A stretch of 46,358 nt of DNA from the NCBI GenBank assembly GCA_043801585.1, contig JAZDLX010000197.1, positions 1 through 46,358 of the forward strand, given 5' to 3'. This DNA is from a bacterium. GTDB taxonomy: Bacteria > Electryoneota > Electryoneia > Electryoneales > Electryoneaceae. Under the pieces are notes generated by a model, which was not told the origin of the DNA, ran no database searches, and saw only the letters and a program-made list of their open reading frames with translations. This document shows positions 8,073 through 18,151 of the stretch, piece by piece. Both the position numbers and the translations under genes were made by a program. Position 1 is the stretch's first letter; each line of letters begins with the position of its first letter.

Positions 8073-9579
8073 AACAGACTGGATCAAGCGATGGGCGCTC
8101 TACACTCCCGCGAGACGGGTTCTTCGCGACCACGAACGCGCTGTTGAATGGACCTATTCGGAGTTCAACGCGAGGGCGGAATCTCTGGCGCACTGGTTGA
8201 CAGGTGAACTCGGTCTCACGAAGGGGGAGAGAATTGCGGTTTTTGCAAAGAATCGCGCCGAGACGGTGCTCCTCTTTGAAGCCTGTGTGAAAACGGGGAT
8301 CATTCTCGTTCCGCTCAATTTCCGCCTGACGTCCCGTGAACTGGACATCCTTATCCACGATGCGGAACCGGCGGCGTTCTTCTACGAATCGGAGTACCGC
8401 GATCTTGTCGGCCAGCTCGAAATCCTGTCAAGCGTGAAGAACCGTCACTCGTACAATGAACTGGAGAAATTTCTGTTGGGGCGGGTCACAGCGAACGAGC
8501 CATTTGCCGTGGATCCCTCCATCGAACAGGACGATGTGGTGATGCTGCTCTATACGGCGGGCAGCACCGGAACCCCCAAAGGGGTGATGATCACTCACAA
8601 GATGCTGTTCTGGAACTCAGTGAACACCGGCCTTCGTCTCGACCTGAGCAGCATGGATCACACCCAATCCTATGCGCCCTTCTTCCACACGGGCGGCTGG
8701 AATGTCCTGTTGACGCCGTTCCTGCATCACGGCGCAAGTCACACACTCTTGCAAAAGTTTGACGCTGATCTGATTCTGCAATTGATGGAAAAGGAGAAGA
8801 CCACCCTTCTGTTCGGTGTGCCGACGATGCTGCAGATGATGTACGAAAGCCCTCTTTTCAATAAAGTGGATCTCTCGCACGTTCGTTACGCGATTGTCGG
8901 TGGCGCCCCGATGCCCGAGCCATTGATCAACGCCTGGCATGAAAAGGGGATTTTCATTCGCCAGGGATACGGCCTGACCGAGGTTGGCCCCAATTGCTTC
9001 AGCCTGCACCAGGATGATGCGATCCACAAACGGGGCTCGATCGGCTTCCCGAATTTCTATATCGATGCGAAAATCGTAGACGACCGGGGCAGCGAGCTCG
9101 GCGCCGATCTACCGGGTGAACTGTGGCTGCGGAGCGCGGTGGTGACACCGGGATACTGGCGCAAACCGCAGGAAACCGCTGAAGCGATCACAGACGGTTG
9201 GTTTCACACCGGCGACATCGTCGAGAAAGATGCGGAAGGATTTTTCTTCGTCGTTGACCGTAAAAAGAACATGTACATCTCCGGTGGAGAAAATGTCTAT
9301 CCGGCGGATGTCGAGCGTTTTCTTTACACCCACCCGGCGATCAGGGAGGTGGCGATCGTCGGCGTGCCTGACGAAAAATGGGGGGAAGTGGGCAAGGCGT
9401 ACATCTCCCTGAAAGAAGGGCAGACGCTGAAGGCGGAGGGAGTGTTCGAATTCTGCAAGGGGAAACTTGCGAAATACAAAACGCCGAAGCATGTGGCGTT
9501 TCTTGACGAGCTTCCAAAGAACGACGCTGGCAAGATCAATCGAATTCAACTGAAAAAGCTACACGATGAGGGTAGCTGA
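8059..9579 (+). CDS. Acyl-CoA synthetase / AMP-binding ligase
   Basis: YTAGSTGTPKG, QGYGLTE, GWFHTGD, SGGENVYP, LPKNDAGKI; GGAGGAG RBS before ATG 8059. Confidence 0.93.
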   Translation: MFQPETDWIKRWALYTPARRVLRDHERAVEWTYSEFNARAESLAHWLTGELGLTKGERIAVFAKNRAETVLLFEACVKTGIILVPLNFRLTSRELDILIHDAEPAAFFYESEYRDLVGQLEILSSVKNRHSYNELEKFLLGRVTANEPFAVDPSIEQDDVVMLLYTAGSTGTPKGVMITHKMLFWNSVNTGLRLDLSSMDHTQSYAPFFHTGGWNVLLTPFLHHGASHTLLQKFDADLILQLMEKEKTTLLFGVPTMLQMMYESPLFNKVDLSHVRYAIVGGAPMPEPLINAWHEKGIFIRQGYGLTEVGPNCFSLHQDDAIHKRGSIGFPNFYIDAKIVDDRGSELGADLPGELWLRSAVVTPGYWRKPQETAEAITDGWFHTGDIVEKDAEGFFFVVDRKKNMYISGGENVYPADVERFLYTHPAIREVAIVGVPDEKWGEVGKAYISLKEGQTLKAEGVFEFCKGKLAKYKTPKHVAFLDELPKNDAGKINRIQLKKLHDEGS

Positions 9580-9598
9580 AACCCAAGGAGGTAGGAAC

Positions 9599-10108
9599 AT
9601 GAAAAAGTGGAACCTTTACCTGGTGCCTGTGCTGGTGTTGGGATTGGCGATCTCCTTCACCGGGTGCAGCAAGGATGACGACAACGGCACGACGCCGACC
9701 GAGCAGACAGTAGAAGAACAGCTCGTGGGTGAATGGTTGAGTGCTGGAGACAATGTGGCTGTGTTACTGGTAGTCTTATTCAACTACGATTCCGTTCTCG
9801 TGACGTTTGGATCAGACAACACGGTTACCCTGAATTCACATGTCAACGGCGGTGCATGGACAGGTGAGCTGGCTGGAGTGTTCTCGATTACAGAGTCGGA
9901 TACGGGTAGCATTCATTCGATCAGCCTGAACTACACCTCATTTGAACAGGAAGGTATCATCCAATTGGCTGCGGATGGAGATTCTTTCCAGCTCGAAGCA
10001 GTGCAGACGGTGCCGGATATCGGAGCGACAGTCCCAACGCCTGAAGCTGGATTTGGCGCAGACGTTTCACTAGGTACGATCAACATTCAGACGTACGTGA
10101 AACAGTAA
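9599..10108 (+). CDS. Acidic lipoprotein of unknown function (lipocalin-like beta fold possible)
   Basis: MKK + hydrophobic stretch + FTGC lipobox; LVGEW motif; AAGGAGG RBS. Confidence 0.75.
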   Translation: MKKWNLYLVPVLVLGLAISFTGCSKDDDNGTTPTEQTVEEQLVGEWLSAGDNVAVLLVVLFNYDSVLVTFGSDNTVTLNSHVNGGAWTGELAGVFSITESDTGSIHSISLNYTSFEQEGIIQLAADGDSFQLEAVQTVPDIGATVPTPEAGFGADVSLGTINIQTYVKQ

Positions 10109-10124
10109 CCTTTGCACATGGAAA

Positions 10125-10172
10125 GTGGTGAGCGGAGAGCGATACGTTCAATCTCCGCCCACCGCTCTTTTT
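10125..10172 (+). terminator. Internal terminator/attenuator hairpin in the operon
   Basis: GTGGTGAGCGGAGA...TCTCCGCCCACCGC stem followed by a T-run, between the lipoprotein and the OM protein genes. Confidence 0.55.
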
Positions 10173-10195
10173 CAGTAACCAGCCGGGAAGATGCC

Positions 10196-11737
10196 ATGAG
10201 ATCCATAATCGTCACGTTGCTCCTGTTGCTTTTTGCGTCGGGGAAGGTCTATGCAAGCGTGGATGATTTCCCGATCAAGAAGGAAAAGGAAAACAAGAAG
10301 GAATTGACGTTTATCGGCTACTACATCATGATCAATACTGCGTCCAACATTGCGCCGACAAACGAATTCCTGAAGGGCCAGGTGGTGGGCCGTCTTTTTG
10401 GTGGAAACACCACTCAAACTCTAAGCCGTACTTCCGCTTATGGCGAACAACGCTTTATGCCGATGTTCACCTACACTCCCCGGTTGTTCGACGGTTGGGC
10501 CAAGATGCGCATGTCGTTCGAGCTGGACTGGACCTGGGGGGATGTAGCCTATTCAGCTGGAGGTAATTTTGGTGGCGGTTTCGGGGCGGATGCCGTCAAT
10601 ATGCAGACCCAGAACCTGTTCATCGAGTTCCGCCCGCAGAAGAACCTGATCATCAACGCCGGGCTGTTGCGCTTGTATGACAATGTCCGCGTTCCCTATT
10701 ACACTCCTACGAACCAACTCGTCTACAAGGGATTCCGTCTCGCTCTCTTCGGTTCGGACGCATCCGGGGCAAATGTCACCTGGACTCCGAAAACCTTCCT
10801 TCACCTGAAGGCGGGTGCATACCAACTTTGGGAAAACAACGTTGACCAGGACGATGATGTTCAGCTTTTCGAATTCTCAAGCGAATACGATCTTGACATT
10901 GTCAATACGATTGGTTTCAGTGCCTACTATCTGCGTGATCATGCCAACGGTGAAGGGGGCGTTTCGATTCTCGGGCAGGGGTTGAACAGCAACCTCTCGG
11001 GGTACAACGGTGTTTTCAATTTTGATCTCGGAAACCATAAATACAACGCGGACATCGTCTGGTTGGGAATCCCCTTTTTCGGCAATTCCCTGCTTGATCA
11101 AGGCCGGTTCGGGTACAACGGTTTCGCCTTTACAACACTCGGAAATGTCACCGTTACAGGTGCACCGGATGTCAGTGTGATGGGGTTCGCGGCCAACGCC
11201 CGATTCGCATACAAGTATGGAAGGACTACCAACGATCTGATCGCCGTGGACGGCGTCTACACCACGGGTGATGATAACGGCGTGTCCGACAACGAGTATT
11301 CAGGTGTATTGACCGGGAATAACTGGACCTCGCCGGGTGCGGTTTACTTCAGCCACGGACTTTACCTGCTGTTCCCGCATGCGAACGTGGTCAACCGCTA
11401 TTACGGCGCGGTCTGCGACATTCAGAACATCGGCTACGGCGTTACTGCCGCCAGCGCCATTGCTTCCTACGACATCGTTCCGTACAAGCTGATGGTCAAG
11501 ACAGGTATTGGCGCGGCAATGGCAAGCGCGGCTAATTCCTTTGGTGGCAAATACATCGGGACCGAGGTCAATGCCAATATCCGTTACACATTGAAAGTGT
11601 TCATGGACCTTGAACTGCACGCTGCCTATCTGAAGCTCGGTGGATTTTATGACGATCCAACGGTGAACGGCGGCATGAACGTCCGTCCGAAAGATCCGTG
11701 GACGGTGTTTACCACACTTAAGTGGATCATGTTTTAG
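10196..11737 (+). CDS. Outer-membrane beta-barrel (porin/alginate-export-like) protein
   Basis: Signal peptide, Gly/Asn/aromatic-rich amphipathic strands, C-terminal Phe (LKWIMF). Confidence 0.7.
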   Translation: MRSIIVTLLLLLFASGKVYASVDDFPIKKEKENKKELTFIGYYIMINTASNIAPTNEFLKGQVVGRLFGGNTTQTLSRTSAYGEQRFMPMFTYTPRLFDGWAKMRMSFELDWTWGDVAYSAGGNFGGGFGADAVNMQTQNLFIEFRPQKNLIINAGLLRLYDNVRVPYYTPTNQLVYKGFRLALFGSDASGANVTWTPKTFLHLKAGAYQLWENNVDQDDDVQLFEFSSEYDLDIVNTIGFSAYYLRDHANGEGGVSILGQGLNSNLSGYNGVFNFDLGNHKYNADIVWLGIPFFGNSLLDQGRFGYNGFAFTTLGNVTVTGAPDVSVMGFAANARFAYKYGRTTNDLIAVDGVYTTGDDNGVSDNEYSGVLTGNNWTSPGAVYFSHGLYLLFPHANVVNRYYGAVCDIQNIGYGVTAASAIASYDIVPYKLMVKTGIGAAMASAANSFGGKYIGTEVNANIRYTLKVFMDLELHAAYLKLGGFYDDPTVNGGMNVRPKDPWTVFTTLKWIMF

Positions 11738-11749
11738 AGGGAGGCGACG

Positions 11750-12706
11750 ATGAAAAGGATTCATGTACTTCTGTTGCTCGCCGTACTCCTTCTGATGACG
11801 GCGGGCTGTGCATCAACATCGGGGTACTATCGTTTGGGTGCGAAGGAATTCAACCAGATCGACTACGGCTATCCAGTCAAGTACGTGGACGTGCGCAATC
11901 TGCACATCGGCTACGTGGACCAGGGAAGCGGCGATCAGGTGCTGCTGCTGATCCACGGCCTCGGCAGCAACATCAAGGGGTGGAACCGCAACATCCCCGT
12001 GTTGGCGATGAGCTACCGCGTGATTGCAGTGGACCTCCCGGGGTACGGTTACTCATCCAAGGATTACTACCCCTACAGCCTCAGCTTCTACGCCGAGCTG
12101 CTTACCGAAATGCTTACTAATCTCGGGATCGACAAGGCCGTGTTCGTCGGTCATTCGATGGGCGGTCAGATCGCGATCATTGCCGCGCTCGAGTACCCGG
12201 AACGTGTCTCGAAACTGGTGTTGATCAGCCCGGCGGGTGTCGAATCCTTCGAGGAAGGGGAAAAGGACTGGTTTCGTTCCGTCGCTGTCCCGGAGCTGAC
12301 CGAGGATGCCACGACACGGACGATCGACATAAACGTAGAGCATAACTTCTACGAGATGCCGAAGGAAGCGGCGTTCATGGTTACAGATCGCATCCAGGTT
12401 AAGGGCGCATCCGATTTTAAGATGTACGCCTATGCCGTCGCCGAGAACATCAAGGCGATGGTCAACGAGCCGACCACGGACCGTTTGAAGAACATCACCC
12501 AGCCGACACTCGTTCTCTTCGGTGAGCAGGATGGTCTGATTCCCAACGCGTACCTCAATGGCGGATTTTCTCGGGATGTCGGAGCTATCGCGATGCGTGA
12601 GATTCCGAACGCCAGGCTCGTGATGGTTGGCAAGTGCGGTCATTTCGTTCAGTTCGAGCAGCCGGAGGTGACAAACAAAGCGATCCGGGATTTCATGGGT
12701 CGCTGA
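11750..12706 (+). CDS. Lipoprotein alpha/beta hydrolase (esterase)
   Basis: TAGC lipobox; IHGLG oxyanion motif, GHSMGG nucleophile, GEQDGLIP, CGHFVQFE. Confidence 0.9.
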   Translation: MKRIHVLLLLAVLLLMTAGCASTSGYYRLGAKEFNQIDYGYPVKYVDVRNLHIGYVDQGSGDQVLLLIHGLGSNIKGWNRNIPVLAMSYRVIAVDLPGYGYSSKDYYPYSLSFYAELLTEMLTNLGIDKAVFVGHSMGGQIAIIAALEYPERVSKLVLISPAGVESFEEGEKDWFRSVAVPELTEDATTRTIDINVEHNFYEMPKEAAFMVTDRIQVKGASDFKMYAYAVAENIKAMVNEPTTDRLKNITQPTLVLFGEQDGLIPNAYLNGGFSRDVGAIAMREIPNARLVMVGKCGHFVQFEQPEVTNKAIRDFMGR

Positions 12707-12743
12707 GATCGGTGGATACGTTTTTTCTGTTTTATCCTACATG

Positions 12744-12772
12744 CAAAAACCCGGCGGATCGCCGGGTTTTTG
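12744..12772. terminator. Bidirectional Rho-independent terminator closing the acyl-CoA operon
   Basis: CAAAAACCCGGCG-GAT-CGCCGGGTTTTTG perfect inverted repeat. Confidence 0.85.
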
Positions 12773-13028
12773 TCTGATGTCCCTACGCATTCGATCATCC
12801 TTCGATTCACCGCCAGGGGTACTGGATGACAGAAGCAGCTTCACACGATGAATAACGAATGAATGGGTGTTTTTTGTTCCTGCTGCCGGGAAGTGTCTCC
12901 GTCCGACCGTTGGATATCGTTGAAACGGCAAAATTTACTTGACATTTACTGATTCTTTTTACTTTTTGAAATTAATGAACATGACAGGGAATTCCCCTGT
13001 CACCTCTCATCCTTCTGCGGGAGGCATT

Positions 13029-16000
13029 ATGAAGCTCACATCTATCGTGGGAGGCGTATTCGTCGCCCTCACACTCGCAATGCCGATCCATGCGGCTCCA
13101 CCAACTGTCCAAAGTGCTTCCTATGACGCCGGGCAGCAAATCCTGACGGTCACCTTCGATCAACCCATTTCCGCCAACGCAATCGACAGAAACAGTTTCT
13201 CGATTGCGTTCGGGCCGGACTATTCCCTCACACTTCGCACCGTGCCGGTTGTGGAGGAAGGTATTTCAGTTTCCGGGAATTCAATTACGGTCTCGTTGTT
13301 GGCGGAGGGCACGGTTGACGAAAGTCAGAATTTGTACACCTACATGAGTGAAAACACTCTTATGTGGGGAAGAAATCTTCACCTGTCCCGTCAGCTCGCT
13401 ACCCAATCAGACGCCAGTGAGGTTCGTCTCGGCATCGCAGAAAATGCTGTGGTTAATTTATCCGGCGAGTCGAATACTCAACTCCGTGCGGATCAGGGAA
13501 TTGCCGTGACCTTGACGGGTACATCCCTTCCCAAACCTGTTCCCACCGTGGCGACTTACGATATTGCTCGCGGAAAAATCTCCGTCACGTTCAATCGTAA
13601 AGTCCTCTGCGATTTGTTTCCCGAGGACAAGGCGGAAACCGGAACGATTGGCGTACTCGACATGGGAGAGGATCTGGACGGCGACGGTGTTTTGGATCAT
13701 CAGGTTTCCATCTTTCCCGAAGCGATTTCCATCAAGAACACCGATCAGAATGAGTTCCTTCTCGGAACCTGTTTTCTCTCAAGTGAATCGAGGGCCGAAT
13801 ACGGTGTTGACAGCCTGACTCTTGTGATCACCCTGCCGATTCTCGCGAGGCGTGCGCTCGATCAAATCGGCGGCGCCGGACTGACTCTCGTCTGCCGACC
13901 CTGGGCGTTCACCGGAACGGAATATGCAGGCAGCGCTCCAGCGAACCTGACCCTCGGGATGACCGATCCGACTACGGTGGCGCCGGATTCGGCGATCTAC
14001 GATCTCGGAACAAATCAACTGAGGCTTGTCTTCGCCGAAGATGCTGATTGGACGGGTTTGATGTACGGCTCGAATGTCTTTTACGGATCGGTGGGGGGTA
14101 GTTTTCAGCTTTTCCCCGGTACGGTTCAGACGACGGTGTTGAACGGTGACGTTGTGATCGTATTGGGACGAACTGCCCAAGAGACGTTCGAAAGGTTTCT
14201 TGCGGAACACAACAACACTTTTCAGATCCGTTTGCCCGGACACATGATTTACAGTACGGATCAGCGCAGTTTCGGTGGAGCAGCCGCTTACACGCATGCA
14301 GGTAATCCGGGAGGACAATCGGAGCCATTGCTGCTGCAGGCGAACTACGACGCAGCGACAAACGAGGTAGGACTTGTCTTTTCATCGCGTGTGAGTATTG
14401 GGTCGGACCTTCTCCTGGACCGTGTCCATCTGCTCCATCTCGGTGATGAGCTCGCTGTCGAAGCTACAAATGTTTCAACTGCAACAACGAATACGACCAA
14501 TGACACCTACATCCTTCAATTGTCTGAAGGAAGCGCGAAGGAAATCGAAAGTGTACCGGGACATTCCGGCTTGAGTGTTCTTCTCGATCCCTTCGCCGTG
14601 GTTAGTTACCGTTTTCGCAATGGCAATATTGAAACAGACAGCATCACCCTGACCTATCATGCAGACGGGGGAGCTCCCGTTCCGGTGATGGTGCTTCTCG
14701 ACGAAACCCTGATCGACCTTGTCGTTCAGTTTAACCGGGAGGTGGTCGTCAACGGTGCTTACCTGTCCAATGCCACTTTTTCGGGAGTTGTCCTGAGTGC
14801 AGGATCGGTGTTTGCCGAGGATGCGCGGACTCTTCGGTTCAACTTGGAGCCCAACACTTGGCTGCTCCTGAATGCCCTTGACATCGAAGACAAAGTCGAT
14901 CCTGTGCTTTCACTACCGGAAGGATTAGCCTATTCTACCGACGGTGAACCGAGTCCTGCGATGACAGGCGTTACGCTTGGAGAAGATCTATCCGGGTTTG
15001 GCGGTACAGGAAACCTGATTGCCGGGTGGGCACACTTCGCTGTGATTCCATCACTACGCAACTTTCCCCAGCAACAGGTGCATCCGTTTCTGCTGAGGAG
15101 AACAACAACCTACGCCCGCCTGTTCGCTGATGTATTCGAATACGGACTCAACGTCACGGAAGCAGACCTGGATTCTCTGGTCAAATGGTATGATACGGAA
15201 AACCTGTATCAGGAAGTTGGTGCGTTGATGAACCTGGCGCCGGAAGATCTGGATTCCCATGACCTTTTCGTTACGGATGTTGCGGACGCCTATGACATTA
15301 CTGGGTATGACGATGAGAATACATCGCTTTACTACGGAAGCTGGTACGTTGCAGGCGACGCGACACACGATGAAGGGCTGTTTCTCGACTGCTATCCACA
15401 GGAAATCTCTAACATCAGTAGTACGGCGCGTCCGGCGATGGTTGAAGTGCTCACACAAAAACTCGCGTCTGATCATTACGCGTCAAAAGAGTCCTGGCTC
15501 ATTCGCGCATTGACGTTGGATAACGAGTTTCTCCTGGCGGGACGACCGGCCTTCTACGACGGCTTATCGCCGTTGACGATCAGCCTTCATCTCAGCGTAG
15601 CCAGGACGCTCAGGCAACCTCTCTCGCTCTTTGAGCAGAACGGCAGCCGGGAGATGTGGAAAAGGCTGTTCCTCTTTGCAGCCTACCTGCATCAGCATTA
15701 TGGCGGCGACGATCTGTTGAGAGAGATCTGGGCTGCTGATGGCACGGGGATGGACGCCGTGTCGGCAGGGGTTGAGGCTATCCAAATTGGATCAGGCTTG
15801 CCGGAACCGTACCAGTCACGGGACATCGATGGCATACTCGCTGATTTCGGAGTTGCTACTCTTGCGGATGCAGTGACCGAAACCGGGGAAGGTCAATACA
15901 GCCTTGAGGGCATCACAGTTCAGAATGCTTCATTCGGTGTTCCATTGTGTATCCAGGGCCAACCTTTGGTGGCTCCACTTGACACCTGGTCAAATGCAAG

Positions 16001-17951
16001 GGTTACAAATCTTTACGGGTATATCAACTATGATCAATTAGATGAACAAGATACCCTGTACGTCCAGGGAGCGCCGGGATCGGTGAAAGTCATGGTAATC
16101 CGAAAACGCTCGATCAGCGATCCCTGGTCCACTTCGGATTTCCGTGTGGACCCGATGGTTCTCGATGAGTCGTCTCGCGGAAAGATTCCCATGTCTCTGC
16201 CGGATTGGATTTGGAGTAACGCCGGTACCGATTCAACCTGCTCTCGCATCGAGGTGATGGTCTCGGTTGGAGATGTTGCTGAAGGAATTCAAGCGGGCGC
16301 GGTGTTCAGTGGTCAGCCTGATACGTTCCTGCCGCCTTCGTTTTTGGCCCGTTCAGTACCCGGCACCAACGAGGTTGTTCTCGATCTGTATCTGCCGATG
16401 TTCGAGTTGCCTTCCGGTGGGGAAACGACGGCAAGTGACATACAGGAGATTAAAAAGGGTCTCGCAGCGAAGTACGCGAGTTCCGCTCGTGGATCCAAGG
16501 TGGCGACATCAATTGGAGGATTCACAGGATTCAACATCAAACGTTCCAACCGTCCGGACGGAGAATTCGAGCAAATTGCTTCGAACTATTCAAGTTCGGA
16601 ATATGTGGATCACGAACTGACGCCGGGACGGACCTATGTCTACAGGGTATCGGCTCAGTATTCCAACCCTGCCGGGGAGAGTGAACCTGTTTCGCGTTCC
16701 GTCAAGGTGTTCCCTGCCGGGAGCACGTCGTCATTTGCCACTGCCGTGAGCAATTTCGGCGTTTACGGCGACCCCAACGGGAACTTTCCTTCGATGGAGT
16801 GGCCGATGGGGAGTGGAATCTATTACCTCTGGGAGGGGCGTTTCTGGGTCGGCGCCCTGGAGGAAGGTGTTCCTCGAGTAAGTCATGCCGACTATGGGAA
16901 TTATGAGTTCACTCCGGCATGGAACGAACCCTATCGACTTTCAATTCTCGGTACGAATCAATTTCGAGTGGAAGCAGATTACAACGATCTGGACGCTGGA
17001 ATCGGAGGACACACTCCCCTGGGAGTGGTGATGCATGAGATCACACGAACATGGTTGCAGTCAGAGGATCCCAACCTTGCTCCCGTGCTGATGATCAATA
17101 TGGATGTTCATAACGTGGGGACTCGTCGTCTCGAAGACGTTTACTACGCATGGGTATTCGACGCTGATATCGGATGTGGTCCGGGTGGATCGCACCATGC
17201 AAACGGTGGAGCGATCGATGATATGGTTGGTTTTGACGCGGATCGCCTGATGCCCTACATGTTCGACGTGGACGATCCCCTGACCCCGGAGAACGATCAG
17301 GGAGAATTTGGCATGGTGCCTGGTTATCTTGGGGCGATCCTGCTCCATGGTCCGGATGCCGGTGAGACGATTGCGCATACTTCGTGGTGGAGTTGGTCGG
17401 ATGATCCCGGGAACGACCTCGAGAAATACCAGTTCATGAGTGGCACTCATCCCTCCTACGATGGCATGGCGTTTCGAGAGACTCCCGACTTGGTCGGGGG
17501 AACACCGTTCGATTATCGCTGGTTGATGTCAGCGGGGCCGCATACTCTTGAACCCAATGAGGTGCAGACGCTTCAACTTGCCCTGATGATTGGGGATGGA
17601 CTCGAGGATTTGCAGAACATTGCTGATTATGCCATCGATCATTTATCGGGCACGGAGGAACCTGCCGTTGTCACGGTGCTGCCGGAGCGATTCAGATTGC
17701 GTCCGGCATGGCCGAACCCGTTCAACCCTTCGACCTCGATCAGCATCGATCTTCCCGTTGCCGCTCCGTTGACGCTGGTTGTCTATAACATTCTTGGGCG
17801 CGAAGTGGCAACACTGCACAATGGTATGGTGAACGCCGGTACCCATACCTTCCGTTTCGACGGCAGTCGTCTCGCCAGCGGCGTCTATTTCGTGCGCGCG
17901 GCTGTTCCCGGCGAGAGGGCACAGGTGCGGCGGATCGTGCTGATGAAGTAA
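13029..17951 (+). CDS. Large secreted multidomain protein (Ig-like repeats, degenerate metallopeptidase-like domain, FN3, T9SS/Por-type C-terminal tail)
   Basis: Signal peptide after a GGAGG RBS; repeated A-x-YD...L.V.F units; DLDGDG; FN3-like YVYRVSAQY...GESEP; tail WPNPFNPST...SGVYFVR. Confidence 0.85.
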   Translation: MKLTSIVGGVFVALTLAMPIHAAPPTVQSASYDAGQQILTVTFDQPISANAIDRNSFSIAFGPDYSLTLRTVPVVEEGISVSGNSITVSLLAEGTVDESQNLYTYMSENTLMWGRNLHLSRQLATQSDASEVRLGIAENAVVNLSGESNTQLRADQGIAVTLTGTSLPKPVPTVATYDIARGKISVTFNRKVLCDLFPEDKAETGTIGVLDMGEDLDGDGVLDHQVSIFPEAISIKNTDQNEFLLGTCFLSSESRAEYGVDSLTLVITLPILARRALDQIGGAGLTLVCRPWAFTGTEYAGSAPANLTLGMTDPTTVAPDSAIYDLGTNQLRLVFAEDADWTGLMYGSNVFYGSVGGSFQLFPGTVQTTVLNGDVVIVLGRTAQETFERFLAEHNNTFQIRLPGHMIYSTDQRSFGGAAAYTHAGNPGGQSEPLLLQANYDAATNEVGLVFSSRVSIGSDLLLDRVHLLHLGDELAVEATNVSTATTNTTNDTYILQLSEGSAKEIESVPGHSGLSVLLDPFAVVSYRFRNGNIETDSITLTYHADGGAPVPVMVLLDETLIDLVVQFNREVVVNGAYLSNATFSGVVLSAGSVFAEDARTLRFNLEPNTWLLLNALDIEDKVDPVLSLPEGLAYSTDGEPSPAMTGVTLGEDLSGFGGTGNLIAGWAHFAVIPSLRNFPQQQVHPFLLRRTTTYARLFADVFEYGLNVTEADLDSLVKWYDTENLYQEVGALMNLAPEDLDSHDLFVTDVADAYDITGYDDENTSLYYGSWYVAGDATHDEGLFLDCYPQEISNISSTARPAMVEVLTQKLASDHYASKESWLIRALTLDNEFLLAGRPAFYDGLSPLTISLHLSVARTLRQPLSLFEQNGSREMWKRLFLFAAYLHQHYGGDDLLREIWAADGTGMDAVSAGVEAIQIGSGLPEPYQSRDIDGILADFGVATLADAVTETGEGQYSLEGITVQNASFGVPLCIQGQPLVAPLDTWSNARVTNLYGYINYDQLDEQDTLYVQGAPGSVKVMVIRKRSISDPWSTSDFRVDPMVLDESSRGKIPMSLPDWIWSNAGTDSTCSRIEVMVSVGDVAEGIQAGAVFSGQPDTFLPPSFLARSVPGTNEVVLDLYLPMFELPSGGETTASDIQEIKKGLAAKYASSARGSKVATSIGGFTGFNIKRSNRPDGEFEQIASNYSSSEYVDHELTPGRTYVYRVSAQYSNPAGESEPVSRSVKVFPAGSTSSFATAVSNFGVYGDPNGNFPSMEWPMGSGIYYLWEGRFWVGALEEGVPRVSHADYGNYEFTPAWNEPYRLSILGTNQFRVEADYNDLDAGIGGHTPLGVVMHEITRTWLQSEDPNLAPVLMINMDVHNVGTRRLEDVYYAWVFDADIGCGPGGSHHANGGAIDDMVGFDADRLMPYMFDVDDPLTPENDQGEFGMVPGYLGAILLHGPDAGETIAHTSWWSWSDDPGNDLEKYQFMSGTHPSYDGMAFRETPDLVGGTPFDYRWLMSAGPHTLEPNEVQTLQLALMIGDGLEDLQNIADYAIDHLSGTEEPAVVTVLPERFRLRPAWPNPFNPSTSISIDLPVAAPLTLVVYNILGREVATLHNGMVNAGTHTFRFDGSRLASGVYFVRAAVPGERAQVRRIVLMK

Positions 17952-18151
17952 AACAGCCTGCTTGAATCTTTCTTGCGGAACGGCTCCGGCAATGTGGAAC
18001 CGTTTCGTTTTTATTATCCATGCGTTGTATTGCCGGACTTCCTGAAAAATCCTGAAAGGGGTATTGCGGATGGAAGAAGGGGTTACCTTTCACAGTCAAA
18101 GGACAGTAGCATCTCATAGAAACAGTCATCAGGACGTGGGGGTGGATCAAG

